A DNA stretch of 56,890 nucleotides, filler included, from Basidiobolus ranarum (lineage: Eukaryota), in the NCBI GenBank assembly GCA_040143965.1. It is 3 parts of 3 records of this genome, joined end to end, with 100 filler letters (N's around TTAATTAATTAA, not from the genome) between each part and the next. Parts side by side here need not be neighbours in the genome. Positions count along the whole stretch, not along the records: positions 38,036 to 56,890 come from JASJQH010000266.1; 2 more parts are not named here. One strand, given 5' to 3'. The notes beneath the pieces were generated by a model. It did not search any database. It had not been told where the DNA came from and saw nothing but the letters and a program-made list of their open reading frames with translations. The position numbers and the translations under genes were made by a program. Position 1 is the first letter of the stretch, and every line of letters begins with the position of its first letter. Shown here piece by piece: positions 38,273-51,286 of this stretch.

Positions 38273-39169
38273 GATGAATTAAGAAAGGTTTAGAGAAAAC
38301 TACTTTTGTAAGAAGACACTGGCAATCGTAATGAACCAAGGGTAAGGTCTCAATTTTACAATCATCATTCTTATAAAGCATGCAGTCCAACTCTCCCTGA
38401 ACACATTCACCCCATCGGCCAATCTTCTCACTCAGAATCGAAAAAAAAAATGGCAAAAAAATCTCGAGGCTTCAGAGTAGAACCAATCTTTTCTGAACAT
38501 GGAAATCAGTTTAAATTCACAGGCTGATTGGATGCTATGTGATACAGATAACCAATAAGTATAATTATGAATTCATCATCCCCAACGATTTAGGAATGGA
38601 AACCAACGCTGTCTCATGATACATTATGCTCGAATATACTTTGAGCATTTCTTTTTGGCGCGGGCTCTGTCTGATTATCTCAAGGTAATGCCAGAGAATA
38701 CTTGATAGATCTCCCTCGTTCCGCTCTTATCTTCCACTCATTTTCTGTATAACCTCCAAGCTAATGCTGGAGTGGCTTAGCGACTGGAATGGGGGTTGTC
38801 TGCTTTTGTACTAACTGTAAGATAAATGTAACAACAATAAAATAACTAATAACAACTACTCTAACCAAGGTAAGGTGTACGTGATGACGACAAACCCACC
38901 CAATCCATTCTGCATATCTTGTATAAGTAATCGATTAAGTGATTTATTAACAGCAAAGAGATTGTAGTACAGCCTAATCCCAACTTGTATTGAAGGAGTA
39001 ATTCTGAGGTTACAATACGAAAGAAAAATGTGGATCTATATCGATGAGGCTAGAATATGGCTAGAATGGTGGTAAAGATGTTGGCAACCAAGTGATAGAC
39101 AATTAAACGTGGAAAGCCGAACAAAAGCTCTATTTCGAGTACAACACAACGAAGTCTAAAATCGCAAAC

Positions 39170-42100
39170 TTATTGCTCATTCTGAATTACAATTTCACTC
39201 ACCAAACCGGCACCTAGTCTTTCTATTTCCGATAGGATGTCAACGATGTTGGGTTGGATAAGCGCAGTCTTCTTGTTCTTGATTTCTTCAATTTTGGGGA
39301 TGCTAGAGAAGCCTGCGTTAACCTTCCATGGCTTAGCCTTCAGTTGAGAAGGTTTCCAAACCCCAGCAATCGTGTGTCCTCCGAAGGTGTCATGGAAAAA
39401 TACCATCAAGTCGCTGTATAGCTCCTTGATTTCGTTCAAGTACAACTGAGCGGGGTCGAATCCAACTCTAGTATTGGCGGCATCACTGGTATTCTGCTCA
39501 AGTATTAAGTTCCGGTATTTCTCTCCCTTGCTTTTGATATATTTAACATCAGGCTTGGACTTTTGGAAATAACGAGTGCATTTTTCAATATCAAGCTGGA
39601 TCAAGAAATCGTAGTCTTGGAGGGGGGTAGAGAATATTTTCTTGAGAGAGGGGAGTGATCCCTCATTTACAGCATCCACCATACAACCAAGGGATGCCTT
39701 GGCCAGCATTTTGGTTCGGGTCAAGATTACATTTTGAGGGGAATCCTTACTCCAACAGGTTCCGTCTAAATCTTTGCTAGTAGCAACAATTACTGACCCA
39801 TGTTTACAATGCTCATCGTTCTTTCTGAGTTCATTGAATTTTTGAAGGATCTCTTCCTTCTCACTGTTTTTGATGGAGTTATCAAGGTCAACAATGAGAG
39901 GTTCGTTCTTCCAATCAAATGAAGAGACGAGCTTGAGAACGCGATTGAAGCCTACAAAACCACTGCCTGGTTCGGACCAAGAGCCAGGATTGAGGTACAC
40001 ATAGGCACAAATCAACTCGATCAGTTCATCGCTGAAATGAGGAGCTAATAGATGCGAAGAGAACCAGCGTTTGGTGATACGAATAGTATGGGATAGAGTG
40101 GGATAACGCTGGCAAATTGTTTGAATTTGTGCAGTGTGCCAGGGGCGATTGATAAAGAGACGATTGTACTGCGCCAAGGCATTTTGGTAGGCAATACGCT
40201 GAGGAGGAGTCAGATTTGTGTCTGAAAGGCCATTCTCAAGCAATGTAATTTCGCGATCATTTTGAATACGGCAGCGGAAGGTAAAACCGGCTGGAACAGT
40301 GACATCCATATAACTGCACACTTGAATGCTCGAATCATTGCCTTCATCGACTACAGTGGTATACATGTCAGGATACTCGGAGTCTAGACCCTCGGCGATT
40401 TTAAGATAAAAGGCACTCTTGATCTTTTGAATAGCAACTAAATCATCGGGCCATCTACCAGATGTTTCCAACTGCAGGATGATATCAATGGGTGTAACAT
40501 ACTTGGCAGCCTCTGGAAGACGACTGTGGACGGCCATGTTAAGAGGGAGAGGAGTGAAAACAGAGGAATATCTCAATTCTGGGGCAGCAGGGTAGATACC
40601 AGACAAACTCAAAGGTAATTCAATTTCCTTGAGTTGTTTGTAGAATTCGTTGAATGCTCCCATAACAGGTTGGAATCCAACCTTGGACAAACTTTCGTCC
40701 AAAAGAGAAGGAGGAAGCTTATGAAGTTGAATGTTTTGCTCGAGTGCACCCTTCAAGCAAAGAACATCATCCTTAGGGATTTCAAAATGAAGGCCTAAAA
40801 GATGTGTGATGGCTTCAACGATAATCATGCCTTTTTCTTCAACACTGCTGCATGCCCAGACGACACTTTCAACAATACTACCATCCTTGAATCTTCGGAG
40901 CTCTGCCTTATCCCCCCATAATTGTCTGAATTCTTCGGCGGCTTCGGTATCTTCAGCACCTGGACCTTTATCTACTAAACGATTAGCATGCTCTTGATCA
41001 GCAATGACACCAATGAAAAGTGGGGTTGATTCAGATACTGTAGGAACTCCTGAATCAACAGGCCAACTCTTGCAAGTATCGAATTGCTTTGCAACTAAAC
41101 GGGCACGATCGCCGAGGCCTTTGCTGAGTTTTAGGGGTAGTTGAGAGGCAATGTAGCTATAAGCACAAGGGTTATCTAATCTTGCAACATCTGAGTATGC
41201 TGAGGAAATTGGAAGATCAGATATGCGAACAATATAGTCATATCGGAAGTGTAATTCATCAACACGTTTAAGGAAAAGATCAGCAAAGTGATCTTGGGAG
41301 ATATCCTTCAATTGACGGAAAGTATGCTGAGCTTCATGTTGTAGAGCACTCAACTCATCAGCAGACACTAGACCAGCAAGATTTATCTGACCTGAGCCAT
41401 CCAAGAAAACGAAAGGATAGTTGGCTTTGAAAGCCTCCAGGGTAAATTCGCCTCCGCTAGGTTGGCCGATGTAGATTGGATCTTTAGCAAAGTTATGGTT
41501 GGCAAGGAAATCAATGGTTCCCTTGAATAGTTGATAAGAACTAAAGCCAGAGACTAATCTTCTAACTCCGTTGGGTGTAGGTTTGAGCAAGTAACCCATG
41601 ATCATGGACCACAAGAATCCATTGAAAGAGGTTGTACCATCACCGAATCCTCTTTGATTAAGCCATACCTTACCAAGAAGACAAGCATCACGGAAGTTAT
41701 CACATGATTTTGCCTGTTGGTAAAGGAAGTTCAAGTTTGTTGTGGGAGAAGAGTCGAGAAGAATTGAGGCGTTGTAAAGGGGAGTGGCGAGCAAGCTATC
41801 ATCTTCGGGAATTGAGTCAATACCAAGGAAATTTGGTCGAACATTGTTACGGCCAGGTGCCAATCTCTGTACAGGAAAGAGACCATGCTTGATGGTAGGT
41901 ATGATACGAATGACGCACTTGGCTTTGGAAAAGTCCAATTCAGATCGATCTAAAAAGATAAATTAAATTAGCACCCGATTCTTAAGACTTAGAGAGAAGA
42001 GTTGTACTCACCATGAACAGCCTTCAATATAAGAATGGGGCGACGCTTATCGTTGTTCATAAATTCAAAGCTAACATTGAGATTCAACCCAGACTTTTTA

Positions 42101-43070
42101 TCTTTCAAGGCAGAGGCGATGACTGCAAGGTAATACGCTCTCTTGTAAAAGTAGCGATAGTTCATGTGATCCTTTTCTTGGAAAAGTTCCTGTGAAGAAT
42201 AAGAGGTTAAGCTCCAATAGCTTGAAATAATCAACAAGTTCTAGATAAAACCAACCTCGGGCATTTCAATAGAGACATCCACGTTGAAATTATGACGCCC
42301 CTTGGTGACAGTCTTCAAAGGGAAACTTCCAACAAGATTAACTAAGCTAGGCTTCTTGAATCCAAATGTATACTGGATGTCACTGGGGGGTTGAGGATTG
42401 GGAAAGGGGATTGTGATCTTGCTCTTCTTCATAGATTTAACAATTTGATCGAGCTAATGAAGATGGTCAATATTTCACAAAGTTAACATGAATTAGCTGA
42501 AATGTACGTACGGTGGTCTCTTTTCTCTCGGGGATGGCATCGAAAATGGACCGAATTCGGTGAAGGGTTTTTTCGACTGGCTTCATCTTTTTATATTCAA
42601 TCGTGACTTCAGAAAGCAACTCGCTGATTTGAAGTTTGAAGAGATTGGAATGAAACAGTTCAGTTGCATCCTTAAGTTCTTGCATTTCTTCATTTGTAGG
42701 TGCTTTATATAAGGCGTCTTGAGACATAGGTCCAGTGTTTTTCTTTGAACTGGCGACGGCAGCTGCCATAAGATCCTCCTCGTCATCACTTATCATTTCT
42801 TCCTCAGATTCAACGAAATCTCCCTCTTCCTCCGACTCACTATCTTCCTCTTCTTCCTCCGACTCCTCCTGCTCCGTTATAAGCGCCTTGGCCTTCTCAA
42901 GATCAAATTCATCATCACTATCGAGAACTTTAGCTTTCTAACGGTCATAAAACATGTGAGTTTAATTTCTTTTAAATACTACAAAAAAAACTCTAGAATA
43001 TCAAAATAATAACGACCTTCTCGACTTTGCTTTCGGAAAGCTTTGAAGTAACCTTTCTTTTCGTCACCAT
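39170..43070 (-). CDS. UTP22: U3 snoRNP / Nrap-family protein Utp22 (NOL6), 5 exons
   Basis: LFHSNLFKLQISELL, FQEKDHMNYRYFYKRAYYL, RLAPGRNNVR, FRQLWGDKAELRRFKDGSIVESVVW, SGRWPDDL. Confidence 0.95.
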
Positions 43071-43424
43071 ATTTGCGTTTATTCAGGTGTGTATGTGTGT
43101 GGGACTTAAATAAACACAAGTGTTAAAGACTCGGTTGAGCTTCACTACTTAGTTCACGAAAAAAAAATTGACCGTCTTCCAAAATCAAAAAACCTAACCG
43201 AGATTTAGCAAAGAAAAAAAAAATAAAAAATGCTTTTCTTCAACCAATTTCTATTACCGAACATTGAAGGAAATATACTGGAATAGACTCTCCTATGACG
43301 TTGATAATTTGAATGTTTAGAGTTAGATCAATGCAAAAGAAAAAACAAAATTTGTGAACTTGACTAATATTGATTTTGTTTCTAACGCGAGCGAGAGCTT
43401 CTTGGTGTGTTTGTATTCGATAAT

Positions 43425-46400
43425 ATGCAAGCTGCACAACCACCACCTCAGGAAGGGCCACGGCCTGTAATACCACTAAATATACTAGAAGGGCCACACC
43501 AACGTTTTTATACATTTTGTGCTTTTGGGGCACTTCAAGCTTTTAAAGCATATGAACTTTATCAAGAATTCGAAGACATCACAGGTTCCGGGATTTGGGG
43601 TTTCAAATGGTTTATATTAGATACTTTGTTCCTTCTCGGGGTCTGGTCCCTTAGAATTCCTTGGTTGTATCGTCCTTTGTGGAAATACATCTTGTACATC
43701 TTACTATTAAATGGAGTTAATCTTTGGCTATTTGCACCTGCTCAGGTTTGTAGTAGGCATATGTGTTTTTAGGTCGATAGTTTATTTACTCTTTTCTCTG
43801 TTTTTAGTTTGCTCACTCTACGAATAGTTTACTTTCGAAGATCACTCCTCATAATCCTCAACAGCAGCGTAAGTGATTTTACCTCGGTTAGGTCCTCAAA
43901 GTTAGTTTCTTATTTTTCACCTTAATTAGAGCAATATTACTATGATGAAAATGTGGAAGTTCTTAGTGGAAAGAAAAGAGGTCATCAACTTGCAGAGGGT
44001 GGAGATTCTTCCCATATTCTAGGTAAACACACAGTACGCATCCTCCCTCACAGGTAAACCTCTATTTTGGAAAAACTATTTGTCATTATTATCGGTTATT
44101 AATTGTCTATTGTTCTAGCACCGCAAAAATCAATCCCGATAATCAATGTTTCTGCCTGCCTAGAGCCTCTTCAGGAGAGTCGATGGGCGATCTAATTATC
44201 CCAGTTATCTTGAATGGCACATATCCCGAATTAATTGAGTATTCAAGAACTGACTTTGAAACACGAAAGAAGACCATCCATAAACTTGATATATCCTCCG
44301 GATACTTTGAGAAACATGCCAAAGACGTTATAAAAGAACGCCGTTTCAACATCCCGGCAAAGATCCCTGGATCTTATAAACTAGAAAAAGTGACAGACGT
44401 AAACGGAGCTGATTTCAGATTGTACAAGAAAAAGGCAGTTATCGTCACATGCCCAGAAGCTTACTTTGGCGGTAAGGATGTGCCTGAGTCTGAGAGTGGA
44501 CAAAGCTATTGTGTGGGTGATCATATTCAAGATCTCAGCTACGTTGTCCGTGGTCATCCCCCACTTAAGCTTAGCTATATCCGTAGAATCAACAAGTCCA
44601 CTAAGACAATATCCATTGATGATATAAAGCCTGATAATGAAGTTGAGCCTCTTGATGACCTTCCTTCAGCTGCTGAGGAGATCATTGAGATACCGTTCAA
44701 CGTTACGTTGGATGCTCCTGGGGAAGTGCTGTTCAAAATTGCCGAAATTGAAGATAGTTGCAACAATATTCACGATTACAAATCAGAATATTCCAGTGCC
44801 ATCAAGCGTCACTTTAATGTCTACTCCCGACCCAAGGCCAACCTTGATTGTAGCATGAACAATCCTATAAAGATTCACGTAAACAAGAAATCCAAATCTG
44901 ATACCAAACCCGATGCGAAGATCCCTCTACGATTGACTGGTACCGCTCCTTGGACGGTTAAATATGGTTATCAGACTTGGGAAGAATATGAAAGTAATGA
45001 TGTGCCAGACTTCACCCAACGCAACACCATTACATTAACTATTCAAAACCCCAAAACTGACCTATCCGTAAGCCAGGCCGGTATCTATACCTTACTCTCT
45101 GTTTCCGACAAATATTGCTCAGGAGAGGTGTCTCTTCCTGATTCATGCTCTGTTGTGAAGCCATCACCTCCTACTCTTCAAATCGACTCTTCTCCAATTG
45201 ATTCCTCATGCGTTGGTGAATTGGGAACTGCACTCACATTGACTCTTACTGGTGAGCCTCCGTTCAAAGTACATTATAAGCAAGTAATGGAGGGGTCTTC
45301 AAAGGCTCCCTCCTCAATGGTTGTTATTGACAAATATCGCCATTCTATGACTTTATTGCCCAACATGACTGGTAAATATACATACGATTTCTGGAAAGTG
45401 GATGATGCGAATTACGAAGGCACCCCGATTGATATCAAAATCTCTCAGGTGGTACACCCTCAACCTAAAGCCAAATTTCAAATGGAACGCAAGGCGATTA
45501 AAGACTGTGTTGGTGGTTCCATCGACTTGGACGTAGCACTTTCTGGAACCAGCCCTTGGACACTTGTTTATGACACCATTTACAAAAACTCCAGAAGATC
45601 TTATACCGTCGAGAATATTCACAACCCTCATTTGACCTTATCTCCACCTAGATTCGATCGCTCTGGAAAATACTCTTACTCACTAGTCAAAGTAACAGAT
45701 GCTAATGGATGCGTTAGTGAGTTGGATACCCCAGATATTGATATTAATGTTGAGAAGACTGGACCACAAGCATCGTTCTCTTGTGACGAACCATTGATGT
45801 TTTTAGAAGGAGAAAAAACCATTCTACCCATCAAGTTGACCGGATCATCTCCTTGGACAGTCAGCTATCGTTTGGTAGGAGACGAATCTCAAGATGCTCT
45901 TAAAATGGTGTTGACCGATCCTAATGGTGCGATACCTATAAAGCGACCTGGAACTTACGAACTTCTGAGCGTAAGTGATGGATACTGCTCTGGACAAATC
46001 AAGGGTACGAAATACTGCTCCGCATCGTGGAAACAAAAACCTACAGTCAGGATTTCCGATCCCAAATGCACCCTTGATGAACGACGTGTTTATATCGCAC
46101 AAAGCGTTTGTGAAGGCTATAATGCTGGAGTAGACGTCAGCTTGACTGGGAAAGATCCTTGGGTCTTGAAATACAAACAAGAGTGGGAGTCTATCCATGG
46201 CAATTCCAAAGAAGTGGAATTCAAGGAAGTTTCTACTGGTTCATCGAACGCAAAGATTATCTTCAAAACTTCCCCCGCTGGTCTATACAGATATACCTTG
46301 GAAAGTGTCGGAGATGATGCTTATAGCAAGCCTGTTCAGATTGACCATAGCTTTGGTAAGAACATTGTGGAGCAACGAGTACAACCCAAGCCGGTAGTTG

Positions 46401-47254
46401 AAGTATTAGAGCCAAAGTTGCCTCTATTTAAATGTGTTGGGGAGAAATTCTCGGATAATAAGAATTCTATTCATTTGAAGCTGAATGGACAAGCACCTTT
46501 CTCGTTGGTATTTGAGATTGCCAGAGATAATGTTCTCATGGAGACCGTACATATGAACAATATCACTGACAAATTATTCCAGTTTACTCCCAACTTGTAC
46601 TTCAAGGAGGCTGGTGGATATACTATATCTGTGGTACATGTGATTGATGCCACTGGCTGTGTCAATCAAGATATCGTAGATGCCAAGGTTCATGTTGAAG
46701 TTGCTGGTGCAGCTGGGATATCACCATTGATTAGCCAACGTACTTACTGTGTTGGAGATGTCTTGTCCTTTGCTATGCAAGGAAGTGCACCATGGACTAT
46801 ATCGTATCAGTTTAATGAAATTACGACAGACAAGACTCTTGACCGATCCAAGTTCGAACGAATTGCCGACCAACCCGGTGTGTTTAGCGTCACTCAAGTT
46901 TGCCATCAAAGACAAGGTAACTGCTGCTCCAAACCACAAGATTTAACCTACCAAATCCACGCTCTTCCCTCTGTTAGACTATCTGGTGGTGGCGAAATTG
47001 AAGAAAAGATTCTTGAAGGTGATCAAACCGAAATCCTTGTTGAATTCTTAACTGGTGAACCACCATTCTCATTTACATACACTAGAAGCATCTCAAAGGA
47101 CGATAGATCTAACGAAATTTTAGAGACTAAATCTGTTACCAACGTCATGGAAAATACATATAAGATATACACTTCACAAGAGGGTACATTCCAAATCACC
47201 TCTATCGCAGATAAATACTGCGAATATCCTAGAGTCTCAAGAAAGAGAGGTTAA
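43425..47254 (+). CDS. POM152: Pore-membrane nucleoporin Pom152, 4 exons
   Basis: PVIPLNILEGPHQRFY, TM region (FKWFILD..LRIPWL), HILGKHTVRILPHSTAKINPDNQCFC, then repeated luminal Ig-like units with G.PPF/W..Y and SV.D..C.G motifs. Confidence 0.92.
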
Positions 47255-47646
47255 ATGTGTTTACTTGAAATGATCATATCTCCACTTTCACCCCTATCTC
47301 TACCTCCACCTCTGCCCTTCCCCACCCTCTTCTCTAATAGATATATAATATATGGATCCAGTTTATTCGTGTGCAATATCTGCATTTCTTTCAACTGGTT
47401 AGGAAAATGACTTCTCTTTTCTTCACAATCATGCATATATTCTATTTTATATAACCATCAAATAGTCAAATATAAATCCTTTATTTCAAAGACAAATTAG
47501 TGTATGAAGTGGCATATTTAATTGTATGAGTTTGGACGTTAGGATCGGCATTTTATGGGGGATACAAGGTTGAAAACCACGTAATCAATTTTAGTATGAA
47601 TGCATTAAAAAACGATTGATTTCCCTTGGTTTACTTTTCCAAAGAT

Positions 47647-48853
47647 ATGGTCGCGTTAGCAAACGTTCTTTACTTGCTGGTTGTACCAGGAGTCGTATAC
47701 CTTCTTTATATATGGAGTAGATTTAAACAAGTCACCAACCGACCACTTAATGGTCAAGATTTAGTACGTGCCTATATACGAATATTTTTCGACATTTTTA
47801 ACCGAAGAAACGACTTGAACGACTTGGAGAGTTTAAGAAAACAAGCATCAGAAGAAAATTTACTTTTGGAAACTGAGATAATGTTTGACCCGCTACATTT
47901 GGTACAATATCTAGATAGTATAAGTGTTCAAAGTCCAGTTTCTTCTGAACCTAGACGTAGGTCACCTCTCCTAAGAGATGTACAACAGTTACCTCCTTAT
48001 TTGCCACCTTTTTATCTGTTAAGTTTGACTGGGAAACTACAACTTGAACTAGCTACTCATCCAAAGTTCCCCTTCAAAGTTCTGGGCTCAGTTAATACTA
48101 AAAATGAGATCACTATACTCAAGGCCCTCACCATACGCGAACTTATCGATTCTCACAAGAGTAGAACGACTGGATTACCTATTGAAAAAAGGCTAATGGC
48201 CAGTTGTAGATTGGGTGAACTCCGAGAAGCTAAAAGGGGGATTGAATTTGATTTAATTACTGAAGTATATTGGAAAGGAAATACTTCCAGTGAAGAAAAA
48301 GAAATTCTTTGGAGATGTGTATTTAGTGTAAGTCCTTTTTTATTCCAACTATGTACTTCCTATTCTAGCTTTAATAAGTGATTTTAATTATATTTATCAC
48401 CACTTTCCGTAGGGTCTTTCATTTGATAAAAAGAAAACAACCACCACTACCTCCTCCGCCACGGTCAATCCAGATTTCCTTGAAACACCTGAAACACCTC
48501 GTATTACTCGTAACCTTCGTATCCCATCCAATGTTGGCTGGGAGTATGCTAAAGTTAGCGGGGACTTTAATCCAATTCACCTTCATTGGGTAACATCCAA
48601 ACTTTTCGGATTCCCAAAGCCTATTTGTCATGGGATGTGGTTAATAAGTGGAGTAATCCATACATCACCAGAGCTAACTAAATGGCTCACTGAAGAATTT
48701 GGAAATAATCATAGTGTAACTATGCGTTGTCATTTTCGAAGACCAGTTTCGTTGAATAGTCAAGCACAGATCTTAGAATGGGGACAAGAACAACCAAGTT
48801 TCATTGTATTGGATAAAACCAACAAAATTCTTCTTGATTGTAAATTCAATTAA
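47647..48853 (+). CDS. MaoC-like (hot-dog fold) acyl dehydratase with N-terminal hydrophobic anchor; intron 48328-48412
   Basis: Spliced exon 2 reads GWEYAKVSGDFNPIHLHWVTSKLFGFPKPICHGMW...CHFRRPVSL; exon 1 has FPFKVLGSVNTKNEI and REAKRGIEFDL. Confidence 0.85.
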
Positions 48854-48969
48854 TTTCTCATTTGAGCATTGGTGCATTCTACTTGACTAGTAAATAAAAT
48901 TCATATTCTTTGAAATTTCATTCAAAATGCTTATTATTGACTTCAGACTGGTATTTTTATGGTGTCACA

Positions 48970-49360
48970 ACTACGTAATCAATTTGCATAAATCTATAGT
49001 GTCGTATATCTTTTGTGGTGTAGATATAAAGGCACCTCCCCTAAGTACAAAGCTCCAGCTTATTCCTAGCCTAGACGTAGATCACCTCTCCTAAGAGATA
49101 TACAACTAACAGTTACCTCCTTTTTACCTGGGAAATTATAGAAAGAAATTACTACTCTAAAGCTCATGGATCAGTTGATACCAGAAATGAGGTCATCATA
49201 CTCCAGATAGATGCCATCGATTCACACCGAAGTGAAAAGCGATCATAACTCTGATATTTATTCAACAATATTTTCCTCTTTTAGCCAATATTGCATATGG
49301 TTGTTGAGTGGTGTGGTGGAATACGAATGGCTACGAGTAGTACGAGGAGTTTCTGGTGTG
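48970..49360 (+). pseudogene. Decayed, internally deleted tandem copy of the MaoC-like gene
   Basis: 49070-49120 (cctagacgtagatcacctctcctaagagatatacaa..cagttacctcctt) matches 47950-47998. Further collinear patches: 48973 vs 47579, about 49170-49225 vs 48085-48155, about 49285-49340 vs 48620-48700. Confidence 0.75.
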
Positions 49361-49694
49361 TCAAAGGAATCCTAATTGGCAATACTAGAGGGTGATATTT
49401 ATCCATGTTATCTTGAATTCTAATCCGATTTACTCCACCCATAACCTATAAATTCCATCTACTATCAATACTGAGCAAAGACTTCAATCCGATTCATTTT
49501 GGTAATATTGAAAGTTCGAAGACTATTTGTTATGGAATGTGGCTAATGAATCCAACAAAGCTCTATTTTAAATGGGAAATATAATCTTGTTTACAATGAA
49601 GTTTTATTATATCAAAAGGGGATGTATGTTAATTACATGAAGGATGTCGAAGTACAAACGTAGTGTAAGGTTGATGATGAAATTAAAAGAGTAC

Positions 49695-51286
49695 TTAATG
49701 ATCAAGAATACGGAGATTACCGGACACAACCTTATTCTCCAAGACAGCTCCAGAGGGGATATCGATTCTCATACCGTGGTTAGCGACAATGATAACGGTA
49801 CCCTTGAGACTAACTTCAGATCCGAATGTAACGTCACCAGTAACAGTCAAGTGATCGAGTTCAAGAATATGAGGGGAAGTCTTGAAGCGAGCGCTGTAGT
49901 TGTTAACCTTCTTGAACTCATCACCAAGTTTAACAAGGGGAACAGTCTGGAACATACGCTTGGGGTTGATAGTCAATTGACCGTTTTCAAGCTTGTACAA
50001 ATCGGATGTAACAAGGAAAAGATCAGAGGTACTCTTGACAGGCAAGAAACGAGTTCTAGGGACGTTGATACCATGAGCGCCCTTGAAATGCTTGACAGCA
50101 GCACCAACGGCAGTTTCAAGTTGAATAACCTTGGTACCATCGGGAGTAGATTTCTTGTTGACGATGATTTCCAAGTTCAACTCACGGTTATCAATGACAC
50201 GCTTGATGGCTGGAAGGGAGACCCACAAGTTATTGGTATTGAAAATCTTGAACTTCTTGACGGACTTGAAGTCATCAACATGTTCCTCAGGTACTTGGGC
50301 AATTTCAAGAAGACGAACAGTACCATCATAATCGATGAGAGTACCACCCTTGACATCAGCCTTGGTCTTGTCGGTAACTTCCATCATGAATTCAGCGCCA
50401 GAGTCGGCCATGTGCTTCAAAATGGTAGGATCGACAATAGCACCCAAGTTATCGACGTTAGAAATAAACAAGTATTCCTTTCCTTCGGCAATAAGTCTAT
50501 CCAAAAGACCAGAATTAGCCAAGGAATCGAAGAGATCACCGTGACCAGGTGGGTACCAGTGGCTGAGCTCACTAGCAGGATCCTTGGGCATAGGAGCCAA
50601 AGTGTCATTGTTGACTCTGGGGTAACGACTTTGGTTGAAAGTCAAGATTTGAACATTGGAGTCGTTGTACTTTTGGATGATGCGTTGGGTATCATCATCA
50701 GTGTTGAAGGAGTTCATAAGAACAAGAGGAACGTTGATGTTGGAGCTTTCATTCAAGTGTTCAATTTGAAGAACAGTCAAATCGAGGAAAGTTTGACCAT
50801 CTCTAACTTCAATAGCACTCTTAGGACCAACGCAACCCATGGTAGTACCAAGACCACCATTAAGCTTGAGAACAGCGAGTTTATCTAAAAGATCCTTGTT
50901 ATCTTCGATCTTAGCAGAGGAAAGGTTGGCGTAAGGGACAATCTTGTCGTCAGCAAGAGACTTGATTTTATCCCAAACGATCTTGGTCTTGTGTTTCTTT
51001 TCGAGTTGGAAACGGTTGTAAAGACGGAAGAAATCGTCCATTTCCTTAGCAAAAGCCTGATAGTAGAAAATGATTAACACCAAATACCACAACAATGTGA
51101 CCTAAAACGCGATACTTACGAATCTTTTCTCATCGTCGGATATCTTGTTGATGAGTTGGTCCAACTCATAACGCATAGCAGCGGCAGCAGCTCCAGGAGT
51201 TTGCTATTAAAAATGAAGAAATCATTAACAACGTGAACTGGCTGGGCTGATGAAAATAGAAATTGTATACATACAGGAGTAGTCAT
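49695..51286 (-). CDS. UGP1: UTP-glucose-1-phosphate uridylyltransferase; exons 51286-51275, 51203-51120, 51056-49695
   Basis: [49 protein letters not shown], ending NLRILDH; spliced start [18 protein letters not shown]. Confidence 0.96.

Noticed and set aside
38670..38700. CTGAT...GGTAATGCCAG resembling part of a TPP riboswitch
   Set aside because: It lacks the CTGAGA and P2/P3 elements, and no thiamine gene is adjacent.
49644..50888. 414-aa ORF on the + strand
   Set aside because: It lies antisense and in codon register to UGP1; a typical shadow ORF from strong codon bias, with no motifs.
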